DNA of 64,000 bases. It comes from a candidate division WOR-3 bacterium (GTDB lineage Bacteria > Hydrothermota > Tepidihabitantia > SM23-42 > JAOAFX01). Positions 1 to 9,777 of this stretch are shown here, in pieces; position 1 is the first letter of the stretch; every line of letters starts with the position of its first letter. The translations under genes were made by a program, and so were the position numbers. The stretch covers positions 32,001 through 96,000 of the forward strand of contig JBBILZ010000001.1 of the NCBI GenBank assembly GCA_037444665.1. The letters run 5' to 3'. Below the pieces are notes generated by a model. It searched no databases, was not told the origin of the DNA, and saw only the letters and a program-made list of their open reading frames with translations.

Positions 1-1048
1 CAGCTACCCCTGCGGAAAATTCAATCTTTTTTTCACCAGGTGAATGGGTGGAGTCGTATATTTTAAAATTACTCAACAAATTTGCCACCATTTTTGCTGC
101 TTCTTCTTTTTTCGTCTCCGGGAACATAACGATAAATTCATCACCACCGTACCTACCTACCAGGTCTGTATCACGGAAATATTTACTGAAAATCTGTGAT
201 AGACGAATTAATAACTGGTCACCTGCCTGATGGCCAAATGTATCATTGAAATATTTAAAATTATCAAGGTCAATAATTGCTATAGCAAGACTGTGCTGGA
301 ATCTTTTTGCCCGGTTCAACTCTTCGGCAAGTTTATCCCTGAAGAATCCAATGTTATATAGTTTTGTCAGCGGGTCAATTGACGCAAGGTCGCGCATAAT
401 AGCTAAACTCATCGTATTCTGAAGTGCGGTTGAGGCGATCCGAACAACCACGCCAACAATGTTTTTTTCCCTTTCATCAAGGGAATTCTCGCGCTTGAAT
501 GCAATAACACCAAATAACCTATTTTGATACACGAGAGGATAACAAATATCAGGTGTAAAAAATATATATGGTTCTTTAATCCTTAAAACTTCTGATTCAT
601 GCGTTCCCAGAGGCATCCTTTTTTCAGCAGTCACACCTACCCTGCCTTCGCCAACATCATAAACGAGTTTGGGCAACCAATTTTCATTCAATCCATGATG
701 GGCAACGAGGTTTAATCGCTTCTCTTTTTCATCAAGAAAGAATAAAGCAACCTGGTCAGAATTGAGGTAATTATTCAAAAAACCTGTGATTTCCGTAGCA
801 ATCTCAAGTGGGTCTAATCGTGAGGTTAAACGAATTATTGAAGAAAATAAGAGATTGTCCTGAGATGTGATATTGCGTAATTCATTGCGCATGCTAATAT
901 TTTCCTGTTTCTGTCGTTCCAGTTCATCGGTCAATATCGCAATCTGGGACAATATTTCACTTTTTTTCTGTGTTTTTTGTGCCACAATGACTATGATAAT
1001 TATCAAACCTATAACCAGAATTATGGCACCAGTAATTATATATTCCAT
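1..1048 (-). CDS. Diguanylate cyclase (N-terminal TM helix, GAF, GGDEF); 3' end runs off the window
   Basis: Not in the ORF track. Manual translation from ATG 1048: MEYIITGAIILVIGLIIIIVIV...IDPLTKLYN...IIDLDNFKYFNDTFGHQAGD...RDTDLVGRYGGDEF (RxxD I-site plus GGDEF). Confidence 0.92.
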   Translation of the reverse strand, partial: MEYIITGAIILVIGLIIIIVIVAQKTQKKSEILSQIAILTDELERQKQENISMRNELRNITSQDNLLFSSIIRLTSRLDPLEIATEITGFLNNYLNSDQVALFFLDEKEKRLNLVAHHGLNENWLPKLVYDVGEGRVGVTAEKRMPLGTHESEVLRIKEPYIFFTPDICYPLVYQNRLFGVIAFKRENSLDEREKNIVGVVVRIASTALQNTMSLAIMRDLASIDPLTKLYNIGFFRDKLAEELNRAKRFQHSLAIAIIDLDNFKYFNDTFGHQAGDQLLIRLSQIFSKYFRDTDLVGRYGGDEFIVMFPETKKEEAAKMVANLLSNFKIYDSTHSPGEKKIEFSAGVA

Positions 1049-1180
1049 TCTACACCAGTTATTTTATTATATACAATATTTTAAAAAAATCAATAGGTCA
1101 CTCTTAGTCCCTTGTCATACTGTTATGCAACCCGTTTTCCCAATTTGTTAAATGGTAATTAGTAAATGATTAAATTTGGA

Positions 1181-1425
1181 TAAGTAAGTAGTAAGTAGCG
1201 AATAACGAAACCAGATAAACTAAAAAGACTAAATAGACCAGAGAAATCCAGTATCGAGTATCCAGTATCAAGGAAGCATCCGCGTCCTATAACCAATAAC
1301 CATACTGGCTGCTATGCCCTACAACCTTAGACCTGTTTCTAACCAATCCCTGATATAGTGCCCGATAAATCGGGCGATTACACCTCTGGCAAAAGCAGAT
1401 GATAAATCAGAAAACTCAGGAGAGT
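1181..1425. repeat. Composite intergenic repeat, copy A (heptamer array + AAAAAGACTAAATAGACCA + CCAATAACCATAC/CTATGCCCT + REP-like palindrome GCCCGATAAATCGGGC + GATAAATCAGAA)
   Basis: The same blocks occur in the same order on the opposite strand at 56030-56253. Confidence 0.8.
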
Positions 1426-1435
1426 CAGAACCATA

Positions 1436-1463
1436 TTGACACAGACATATTTCAGTGTAGAAT
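1436..1463 (+). promoter_or_regulatory. sigma70-type promoter of the rtcB operon
   Basis: TTGACA(1436-41), 16 bp, TAGAAT(1458-63). Confidence 0.7.
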
Positions 1464-1534
1464 ATATTGCCCATATTTAATATGGGTTCGCCAATCTATT
1501 TTTATAAATTTAAATATTGATTAAGGAGGTCACC

Positions 1535-2989
1535 ATGGCGTGGCAAGGCGAACTGATTAAATTGGATGAATACCATTATAAAATACCAAAAACTTATAAA
1601 AGCGGTATGAAAACCGATGGCATTATATTTGCTTCTCCAAAGATGCTGGAAAAGATAAAAGAGGACCTGGCACCTGAACAGGTAGCAAATGTCGCAACCC
1701 TTCCTGGTATTGTTGGCTATTCACTGGCAATGCCTGATATCCATTGGGGCTATGGATTTGCCATTGGTGGTGTGGCAGGATTTGATATAAAAGAAGGTAT
1801 TATCTCACCAGGTGGTGTTGGTTATGATATAAATTGTGGTGTAAGACTTCTCAGAACAAATCTCAAGTATGCAGAAATAAAAAATAGAATAAAGGACCTG
1901 GTGCAGGCAATCTTCCATAATGTACCATCTGGTGTTGGTTCTACAGGCAAAATTAGAATTGACGAGCGTGAGGTAAAAGAGGTTCTGTTATATGGTGCTC
2001 AATGGGCATTAAAAAAAGGCTATGGCTGGAAACGGGATATTGATAAGATAGAAGAGAATGGAATGTTGAAAGGTGCAAATCCAGAAAAGGTTTCAAAGAG
2101 GGCAATTGAAAGGGGTAGACCCCAATTGGGCACACTCGGTGCAGGAAACCACTTCCTTGAAATCCAGATCGTAGAAGATATTTATGATACTGAAGCAGCA
2201 AAAATTATGGGAATCTATGAAACCGGTCAGATAACTGTTATGATACACACTGGTTCAAGAGGGCTTGGTTATCAAATCTGTGATGATAATGTAAAAACAC
2301 TGGGTAATGCAGTGCATAAGTACGGCATAAATATTCCTGATAGACAACTTGCCTGCGCACCGATTGAATCTCCCGAAGGAAAATCTTATTTTGAACAGAT
2401 GGCTTGTGCAGCAAATTACGCCTGGGCAAATCGTCAGTGTATAATGCACTGGGTGAGAGAGGCATTTGAAAAGACCCTGAACAAAAAAGCAGAAGATTTA
2501 GAAATGGAACTCATTTATGATGTTGCTCATAATATTGCCAAATTTGAGGAACATCAGGTAGCAGAACAGATAAAAAAAATTTGCGTTCATCGTAAGGGCG
2601 CAACCAGGGCATTTGTGGCTGGGCACAAGGATGTTCCAGAGGTTTATAAAAAGATTGGACAGCCAGTCTTAATACCTGGTGATATGGGCTCACACTCTTA
2701 TCTATTATTAGGGACAGAACAGGCAATGAAAGAAACATTCGGCTCAACCTGCCATGGTGCAGGAAGGCTGCTTTCCAGAACAAAGGCACTTGATGTAACC
2801 AGAGGAAGAAGGATTGATAAGGAACTTGAGGCAAAAGGAATCTTTGTCCTCTGCGCATCAAATGATGTTTTAAGAGAAGAAGTTCCAGAAGCATATAAAG
2901 ATATTGATGTGGTGATTGAAGCAGTTGTAGGTGCGGGAATATCAAAAAAGGTAGCCCGTATGAGACCACTCGGTGTGGTGAAAGGTTAA
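1535..2989 (+). CDS. rtcB: RNA 2',3'-cyclic/3'-phosphate--5'-OH ligase RtcB (archaeal/eukaryote-like long form)
   Basis: MPDIHWGYG, GYDINCGVR, GNHFLE, HTGSRG, HN, HRKGA, HGAGR motifs; AGGAGG before ATG 1535. Confidence 0.97.
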   Translation: MAWQGELIKLDEYHYKIPKTYKSGMKTDGIIFASPKMLEKIKEDLAPEQVANVATLPGIVGYSLAMPDIHWGYGFAIGGVAGFDIKEGIISPGGVGYDINCGVRLLRTNLKYAEIKNRIKDLVQAIFHNVPSGVGSTGKIRIDEREVKEVLLYGAQWALKKGYGWKRDIDKIEENGMLKGANPEKVSKRAIERGRPQLGTLGAGNHFLEIQIVEDIYDTEAAKIMGIYETGQITVMIHTGSRGLGYQICDDNVKTLGNAVHKYGINIPDRQLACAPIESPEGKSYFEQMACAANYAWANRQCIMHWVREAFEKTLNKKAEDLEMELIYDVAHNIAKFEEHQVAEQIKKICVHRKGATRAFVAGHKDVPEVYKKIGQPVLIPGDMGSHSYLLLGTEQAMKETFGSTCHGAGRLLSRTKALDVTRGRRIDKELEAKGIFVLCASNDVLREEVPEAYKDIDVVIEAVVGAGISKKVARMRPLGVVKG

Positions 2990-2991
2990 AA

Positions 2992-4359
2992 ATGATAGAA
3001 AAATTAAAATCCATGCTTTCAAAAATTGATACAGATTATGCAGACCTGCGTTATGAAATAAAAAATGAAATCAAGATTGTCCTTTCAGGTAAAGATATTG
3101 TTGAAGTGAGTTCCTGCCCGACTGACGGCTTTGTGCTCAGGGTGATAAAAAATAAATCATTCGCTTCTATTGCCTTCACAAAAACAGATGATTTTGAAAA
3201 GGCACTAAAGACTGCATTTAATAATGCAGAGGTAATGTCTAAAAACAATGGCATTGCCATTGAATTTGCGCCAGTTCCGATTGTTAAGGATTGTTTCATA
3301 CCAGAATTAAAAGAAGACCCGTCTAAGATATCAATAGAAGAAAAGATTGCATTGACCCGTCACTATAATGAAATTCCCTATCAGGTTCCAAATATAATGC
3401 ATACAGATATTGCATACAATGAAGTAATCAGAGAAAAATATTTTGTCAGTTCTGAAGGCTCAGAAATATCTGAAAAACTTGTAACGACCCGCATTGCCGG
3501 TTCAATCATTAGCAGTGATGGCAAGATTATTCAAACAGTGCGTGTGGGTGTTGGTGGAAGTAATGCTTTCAATATACTACGAAACCGCGACCAGGAATTT
3601 ATAAAAAAAGCAGAAATTGTCAGCAATCTATTAAAGGCAGAGCCAATCAGTGGCGGAACTTATAATGTCATTTTGAATCAGAGCCTGGGTGGAGTATTTA
3701 CCCATGAAGCATTCGGACACTTCTCTGAAGCGGATTTGATTGAAAATAATCCATCTATGCGGGAAAAAATGAAGATTGGTGCACAATTGGGTACCGAGAT
3801 TCTCAATATTAAGGATGACCCTACTATTCCTGACCAGCTCGGTCATTATAAATATGATGATGAAGGCGTGCAGGCAACACCGGTTCAGTTGCTAAAGAAT
3901 GGTATACTTACAGGCAGACTCCATTCACGCCGGACAGCAAAGGCATTTAATGAACCATTCAATGGTCATTGCGTTGCTGAAGATTATCATTTTGCACCGA
4001 TAATAAGAATGGGAACAATATTTATCCAGCCTGGCAATAAATCATTTGAAGAACTACTCCAGATTTTGGGTGATGGCTTGTATCTCTGCGATGCAATGGG
4101 TGGACAGACCAGTGGCGAGAATTTTACATTTGCTGCCCAGTATGGCTATAGAGTAAAAGCAGGAAAAATTGCAGGACTCATACGCGACATAAATATTTCT
4201 GGAAATCTATACGATACCCTGAATAATATTCAGGCAATTGGCAATGATTTGAAATTAGGCGAAATTGGCGGATGTGGCAAAGGGCAGATCAATATCCGCT
4301 CTTGTTATGGTGCCCCTCATATAGTTATTAAAAATCTCATTGTTGGAGGCGTTCAATGA
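2992..4359 (+). CDS. tldD: TldD metalloprotease subunit
   Basis: HEAFGH zinc motif, DDEG, C-terminal GGCGKG. Confidence 0.93.
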   Translation: MIEKLKSMLSKIDTDYADLRYEIKNEIKIVLSGKDIVEVSSCPTDGFVLRVIKNKSFASIAFTKTDDFEKALKTAFNNAEVMSKNNGIAIEFAPVPIVKDCFIPELKEDPSKISIEEKIALTRHYNEIPYQVPNIMHTDIAYNEVIREKYFVSSEGSEISEKLVTTRIAGSIISSDGKIIQTVRVGVGGSNAFNILRNRDQEFIKKAEIVSNLLKAEPISGGTYNVILNQSLGGVFTHEAFGHFSEADLIENNPSMREKMKIGAQLGTEILNIKDDPTIPDQLGHYKYDDEGVQATPVQLLKNGILTGRLHSRRTAKAFNEPFNGHCVAEDYHFAPIIRMGTIFIQPGNKSFEELLQILGDGLYLCDAMGGQTSGENFTFAAQYGYRVKAGKIAGLIRDINISGNLYDTLNNIQAIGNDLKLGEIGGCGKGQINIRSCYGAPHIVIKNLIVGGVQ

Positions 4360-5669
4360 AAGATTTTTTATCATTGGTAAAACAGAAAGTAGACCAGGCT
4401 GAATTGTATTTTTATCAATCAACATATAATTCAATTAACTATCAAAATGGAATACTGGATAACATTGATGCAACCATTCAGTGTGGCTACTCTTTAAGGA
4501 TTATAAAAAACAATACACTCGGTTTTGCCTATACTAAAAATCTTAATGACCCCGAATCATTGCTACAGGGTGCACTCAGTTCACTCAATGCAGGAACGAA
4601 AACCAGCCTCAGGTTCCCCTCACATCAGAATAAGAGATTACTCAATACTTATGAACCGGCAATAGAAACATTCGACTCAAAACAGGCAGCTGAAGAATGT
4701 AATCGGATTATAGAAATTCTCAAGGGAAAATTGAATACCAAAATTGATATTCATCAGGTCTACGGTACAGAAGAGATGACCATATTAAACACCAGTGGTG
4801 CTGAACTGTCAAATAAATTTTCTTATTATCTGTTTATAGGTATTGCAGTATTCCCACACACTGCAAGTGGTCTTATGTATATTCTTAAAGATAAAAAATT
4901 TTCTCCAGTGCCCGATGCTGACCTATCTGATTTTATAAATATGTACAAGCAGGCAGAGCCTGAATGTAAATTAAATAGTGGTAGAATGAAGGTTCTATTT
5001 TTACCCGATACTCTATACACCCTGCTCTGGCGTTTTGCGAGTGGAACTGCGGGCAGTAATATCTATTACAAAAAATCTCCGCTCATTAATAAAATAGGAC
5101 AAAAGATATTCAGTGAGAAATTAACAATCTTAGAAGACCCGCACAATGACAATTATCCATTAGCCCGTGCCTTTGACGACGAAGGAACAGAGACACAAAA
5201 ATTGTCTCTGGTTGAAAACGGAATATTAAAAAACTTTTATTATGACCTCTTCTATGCAGATAAAATGGGAACATCATCTACTGGCAATGGCTATAAAAGT
5301 ATGATGTGGGGTGGTGAAACTGCTTCATTAAAACCTGCCCCCAGTTTGAGCCATACTGTTATTAAACCCGGTGATAAGAATTTGAAAGAATTAATAGCTA
5401 CAATAGATAAAGGAATCATTGTGGCGGGTGTGCTTGGTGCACACAGCGGCAATATACCAAATGGCGATTTCTCAATAGGCGTGGAACCCTGCTTATATGT
5501 AGAAAAAGGGCAAATTTTAGGCAGGGCAAAGAATACAATGATTGCCGGCAATATCTATGATGTAATGAAGAATGTTGTCGCAATTGAAGACAGGCTACAT
5601 CAAGTACTCGCAGCAGGCAAAGCCTTACCCTCTATACTTTTTGATGAAATAATGGTGGTGAGTGCATAA
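4356..5669 (+). CDS. pmbA: TldE/PmbA family protein
   Basis: FDDEG, STGNG, GDFS motifs; no HExxH; ATGA overlap with tldD. Confidence 0.9.
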   Translation: MKDFLSLVKQKVDQAELYFYQSTYNSINYQNGILDNIDATIQCGYSLRIIKNNTLGFAYTKNLNDPESLLQGALSSLNAGTKTSLRFPSHQNKRLLNTYEPAIETFDSKQAAEECNRIIEILKGKLNTKIDIHQVYGTEEMTILNTSGAELSNKFSYYLFIGIAVFPHTASGLMYILKDKKFSPVPDADLSDFINMYKQAEPECKLNSGRMKVLFLPDTLYTLLWRFASGTAGSNIYYKKSPLINKIGQKIFSEKLTILEDPHNDNYPLARAFDDEGTETQKLSLVENGILKNFYYDLFYADKMGTSSTGNGYKSMMWGGETASLKPAPSLSHTVIKPGDKNLKELIATIDKGIIVAGVLGAHSGNIPNGDFSIGVEPCLYVEKGQILGRAKNTMIAGNIYDVMKNVVAIEDRLHQVLAAGKALPSILFDEIMVVSA

Positions 5670-5712
5670 AAACTAAATAATTAAATCTTGTAGTATTAGT
5701 GGTTCAAATTTT

Positions 5713-7482
5713 ATGGGCAGGATAAAAGAAAAGATTGAACAGGCACCAGTAATGCCCGGTGTCTACATTTTCAAAAATTCAAAAAATAAACCAATTTATA
5801 TTGGCAAGGCAGGCAATTTAAGGAACCGACTCATTTCCTACCTTAATAATCCTGACCCACGTATAAAATCAATTATCAAATATGCTTGCGATATTGATAC
5901 AATCATCACGAATTCTGATACTGAGGCATTGACCCTTGAAGAATCACTGATCAAACTACACAGACCAAAATACAATATTCGTTTGAAAGATGATAAAAAA
6001 TTTCCCTATTTGAAGATAACAATTCAAGAAGAATTTCCAAGAATCTTTTTTACAAGAAATTTAAAAGCAGATGGCTCAATTATTTTTGGACCCTATACCA
6101 GCGCAAAAGCATTGCGCCAGACCCGGGATGCACTTTGCAAGATATTCAAACTTGCTTCCTGCAGTAAAGATTTTTCCCGCACCCTTATCCGACCCTGTCT
6201 TGCTTATTCAATTGGTAGATGCAGTGCACCCTGTGTCCGTAATATTAGCCAGGAAGATTACCGACATCTTGTGCAAAAGGCAATAAGGTTTTTAAAGGGT
6301 GAGTCTGATGAGTTGACCAGAGAAGTTGAACGGTTAATGTGGGAACAGGCGAAAAAAGAAAATTTTGAAGGAGCAAAGATTTTAAGGGATGAACTCTTTG
6401 CCCTACGGAAAATCTCTCAGCGTCAGCAAATCGTTATCAGGGATAATATCAATCGCGATATAATTGGGATAGCCCGTAGCGGTTTCATTTGTATTGCCTG
6501 TCTTTTCAGGATTAGAGAGAACCGTTTACACTCAAAAGAAATTTATCATCTTAAAATAACACCCTCTGATACTGATGAAAATATTATTGCTTCATTTATC
6601 CGTTTAGTCTATACCCACATCTCATTTCTACCTGATGAGATTGTCGTCTCCAAATTGCCCAGTGATTGGGATATTCAAAAAAAATGGTTCAAAGAAAAGG
6701 GTTTTGATGTAAAGATAAGGGTTCCCGCTACTGAAGAGGTTAAGAATCTCTTTAACTGGGCAGTCAAGAATGCAGAGACCGAACTCGCAGGGCTGGTCAT
6801 AAAAAAGAAAACTCCTACTCCTATCCTTGAATTACAGAATATCTTGAAACTTGAAAAACCGCCCAGATGGATTGAGGCATTTGATATTTCAAATCTGAAA
6901 GAAAAATTTGCAGTTGGTGCTTCTGTCTCATTCTATGATGGCAGACCCAATAAACAGAGATATCGTCGGTATAGAATAAAACGAGTCTCGGGCCAGAACG
7001 ATTTTGCAATGATAAAGGAAATTGTTGGCCGGCGCATTACTGATTTAAAAAAATCCGGTAAATTACCCGACCTTTTGTTGATTGATGGTGGTAAGGCACA
7101 GCAAAATGCAGCACTTGAATCAATAAAAGAGATTGATTTACCCATTGCGGTATTTGCCATTGCCAAACGAAGTGACCAGCTCTATTATCCTGATGGAAAG
7201 GTTGTGTCAATTCCAGCACTATCAAGGAGTGTAGTATTACTGAAAAGGATCAGGGATGAGGCACACCGTTTTGCCATTGGTTACCATAGAAAATTAAGGG
7301 AAAAGACTATCACCAGTTCCATTCTTGATAAGATTCCGGGCATCGGTACGAAAAGAAAGTTAACTCTGTTAAAATACTTTGGCAGTGTAGAAAATCTAAA
7401 AAAATCATCAGAAGATGAGATCGCCAGAGTGCCTGGTATTGGTAGAAAGACCGCGAAAATTATTTACGAAACATTGCATTAG
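5713..7482 (+). CDS. uvrC: Excinuclease ABC subunit C
   Basis: GVY/YIG, PKYNIRLKDDK, EAFDISN, LIDGGK, RDEAHRFA, C-terminal HhH. Confidence 0.97.
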   Translation: MGRIKEKIEQAPVMPGVYIFKNSKNKPIYIGKAGNLRNRLISYLNNPDPRIKSIIKYACDIDTIITNSDTEALTLEESLIKLHRPKYNIRLKDDKKFPYLKITIQEEFPRIFFTRNLKADGSIIFGPYTSAKALRQTRDALCKIFKLASCSKDFSRTLIRPCLAYSIGRCSAPCVRNISQEDYRHLVQKAIRFLKGESDELTREVERLMWEQAKKENFEGAKILRDELFALRKISQRQQIVIRDNINRDIIGIARSGFICIACLFRIRENRLHSKEIYHLKITPSDTDENIIASFIRLVYTHISFLPDEIVVSKLPSDWDIQKKWFKEKGFDVKIRVPATEEVKNLFNWAVKNAETELAGLVIKKKTPTPILELQNILKLEKPPRWIEAFDISNLKEKFAVGASVSFYDGRPNKQRYRRYRIKRVSGQNDFAMIKEIVGRRITDLKKSGKLPDLLLIDGGKAQQNAALESIKEIDLPIAVFAIAKRSDQLYYPDGKVVSIPALSRSVVLLKRIRDEAHRFAIGYHRKLREKTITSSILDKIPGIGTKRKLTLLKYFGSVENLKKSSEDEIARVPGIGRKTAKIIYETLH

Positions 7483-7500
7483 AAATAATTAGAAATTTCA

Positions 7501-8097
7501 TCAAAATCTACCGAATTTAAAGGTCAGATGGCACGCTCCATTGCTTAATGCTTTATCACTGATACCATCAAGGTCAGTGCCATAGATATAGCGATATGAA
7601 CCACCAAGGTCAATACGAAAACATCTTGTAACATTTAAGGTCAATTCAGCACCGGGTTCAAATACAAAAACAGCATCGTCATACCAGGGTTCAAAATAAT
7701 CCGTGCGGTAACATATATCACCTCCACCGATTAATGAACTGATGCCAAAGTGAATCATCCTGCGTGAGCCAAATATCCATTCTAAGATCAAACCTCCATA
7801 ACCAAAATCCATATAATAATCCCTTAATGGATAATCTGTATGCACCACGACCCTGTTCACAAGGCCATATCCACCACCACCAATGGCAAATGTATGATTC
7901 AAAACGATTGCTCCACGACCACCAAAAAAACAAGCAAAATCATTATTCAGTTCAGTAAATTTTATGACCGGACCACCAAATATGCCTTTCTCTACAGGAC
8001 CCTTAATTAGAACCTCGTCCTGTTTCTCTCTGGGCACAATCTCAACCGCACCAAACCCATAATAATTGAGCAATATAAATCCCAATATCAGATTCAT
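7501..8097 (-). CDS. Putative small outer-membrane beta-barrel protein
   Basis: Signal-like N-terminus, alternating aromatic/Gly strands, C-terminal Phe (FKFGRF); AGGAGG RBS. Confidence 0.7.
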   Translation of the reverse strand: MNLILGFILLNYYGFGAVEIVPREKQDEVLIKGPVEKGIFGGPVIKFTELNNDFACFFGGRGAIVLNHTFAIGGGGYGLVNRVVVHTDYPLRDYYMDFGYGGLILEWIFGSRRMIHFGISSLIGGGDICYRTDYFEPWYDDAVFVFEPGAELTLNVTRCFRIDLGGSYRYIYGTDLDGISDKALSNGACHLTFKFGRF

Positions 8098-8135
8098 TAT
8101 ACCTCCTTTTAAGGTTAAATCCTACCATAATAAAA

Positions 8136-8227
8136 GGCAAAATCTGTGCCAGTCTTTTACTTGAAATTTCGTGCTAAAGTATGGTGCAGTTGTTCAAAAA
8201 TTGTAATATCTGCACAATTTTTGTGCA
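8136..8227 (-). promoter_or_regulatory. sigma54 (-24/-12) promoter with upstream enhancer palindrome
   Basis: Minus strand TGGCAC-AGATT-TTGCC at 8151-8136; TGCACAATTTTTGTGCA at 8211-8227. Confidence 0.75.
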
Positions 8228-8264
8228 TCAAAATATTTGGTTGACAAAATATGTGGAAAAATTG

Positions 8265-9311
8265 TTAATTACTCTTTGGACTAAGGCGCTTGCGTATAAA
8301 TTCTGCCCTTTTTACATCCCGCTCCTGTTCCTCAAGAATTTCGCCATAGAATAATTGAATATTCCCTGGCCTCGTGATAAGCATTATCTCATTAACCGTC
8401 TCTATATCAATATCTTTTATCAATCCTAATCCTATACCCAACCTGACTGCAGAAAGAAGATTCAGAACCTCATCACTATTGATTAACCTTGCTGAACGGA
8501 GTATAGCAACACTGCGATATATCTTGTCCTCAAGTTCATTCTTTGCCCGACTCATTATCACATCCCTTGCCTTTTTTTCAACATCAATCAACATCCGTGC
8601 AAATTTATTTATCTTTTCAATCAATTCATCTTCTTTGAATCCAAGCGTATGTTGATTTGATATCTGAAACAGGTTGCCTTTTATTTCGCTTCCCTCACCA
8701 TATATCCCGCGGACCATCATACCAAGATTTAGGGTGCTCTTTAATATCTTGTCAATCTCATTGGTATACACGAGTCCGGGAAGATGGAATAATACTGACG
8801 CCCTCAAGCCAGTGCCAAGATTTGTTGGGCAGGAAGTGATAAAACCATAATTATCATTAAATGCATAACCCAATTCCATGCCCAGAATCTCTTCAACTTC
8901 GTATACCTCACTGGCAAGATTTGTCAGATTCAAACCACAGGATAGACCCTGAATCCTCAAATGGTCTTCTTCATTAACCATTATGGTAATATTCCCTTTT
9001 TCACTGATAAAAACTGCGGTTGGCTGTTCCTTTTTAATAATTGCTGGTGAAATGAGGTGTGATTCAAAAAGGGATTCTCGTTCCAGACCTTTGATATTCT
9101 TTATCAATAGATACTTTCCTTTTAAATTCATCTCTATTGCTGAACCAACAATCTGAACAAGTTTCTCTGCATCTGCTTGTTTCAATTTGATTTCAAAATG
9201 CATTCCTTCAATATTTCTTGCCACCCTGATGCGTGTGGAAACAACAATCTCATTCTCTTCACACTGCCTGCTCAGTTCAGGAGAAACCAACCACTTTATG
9301 TTATCAAACAT
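8265..9311 (-). CDS. mcsB: Protein arginine kinase McsB
   Basis: STRIRVARN, NEEDHLR, TSCPTNLGTGLRAS, RGIYGEGS, FQISNQ; start most likely ATG 9311. Confidence 0.93.
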   Translation of the reverse strand: MFDNIKWLVSPELSRQCEENEIVVSTRIRVARNIEGMHFEIKLKQADAEKLVQIVGSAIEMNLKGKYLLIKNIKGLERESLFESHLISPAIIKKEQPTAVFISEKGNITIMVNEEDHLRIQGLSCGLNLTNLASEVYEVEEILGMELGYAFNDNYGFITSCPTNLGTGLRASVLFHLPGLVYTNEIDKILKSTLNLGMMVRGIYGEGSEIKGNLFQISNQHTLGFKEDELIEKINKFARMLIDVEKKARDVIMSRAKNELEDKIYRSVAILRSARLINSDEVLNLLSAVRLGIGLGLIKDIDIETVNEIMLITRPGNIQLFYGEILEEQERDVKRAEFIRKRLSPKSN

Positions 9312-9777
9312 TTTCCACACCCAGTGTTTTCAATTTATCCCTTATCTGTGCTGCGTCTTCGTAGGCTTCTTTCTCAAGGGCACGGCGCAATTCTTCACGT
9401 AGTCTAAAGATTTCAATTGCCCGGCGACCACCAGTCTTTGCCCTTTTACCAATATGTTTCTCACTCTCCTGCACTTCCTTTATCAATGCCTTGATATACG
9501 GCTCAAAAACTGAGAGGCAATTACTGCATCCAAACCTACCTATTTTCTTGAATTCAGCAAGACTTAAACAACAGACCGAACAGATCACCCTGTCATCATC
9601 ATGGCTTATTTTCTCTGATATCTTATGGAGCAGTTCAATGGGCGATGGTTTCTTATCATTCAATAAATTTCTTTTGCGCGCACACTCCTCACACAGATGG
9701 AGTATATTTTCTTGATCGCCGACGACATTCTTAAAAAAATGTTTCGCAGGCTTTTGCTTGCAATCATCACATAGCAT
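9304..9777 (-). CDS. mcsA: McsA (CxxC zinc motifs + UVR domain)
   Basis: Four CxxC pairs, GRFGC, EAYEDAAQIRD; adjacent to mcsB. Confidence 0.9.
   Translation of the reverse strand: MLCDDCKQKPAKHFFKNVVGDQENILHLCEECARKRNLLNDKKPSPIELLHKISEKISHDDDRVICSVCCLSLAEFKKIGRFGCSNCLSVFEPYIKALIKEVQESEKHIGKRAKTGGRRAIEIFRLREELRRALEKEAYEDAAQIRDKLKTLGVENV

Noticed and set aside
48..1151. Plus-strand ORFs 48..230 and 867..1151, and the many short ORFs antisense to or nested in long genes
   Set aside because: Shadow frames of well-supported genes (here the GGDEF gene), with no motifs or RBS.
1181..1425. CRISPR array in the repeat-rich intergenic regions (also 28800-29200 and 56030-56253)
   Set aside because: No constant 25-45-bp repeat with regularly sized unique spacers, and no cas genes.
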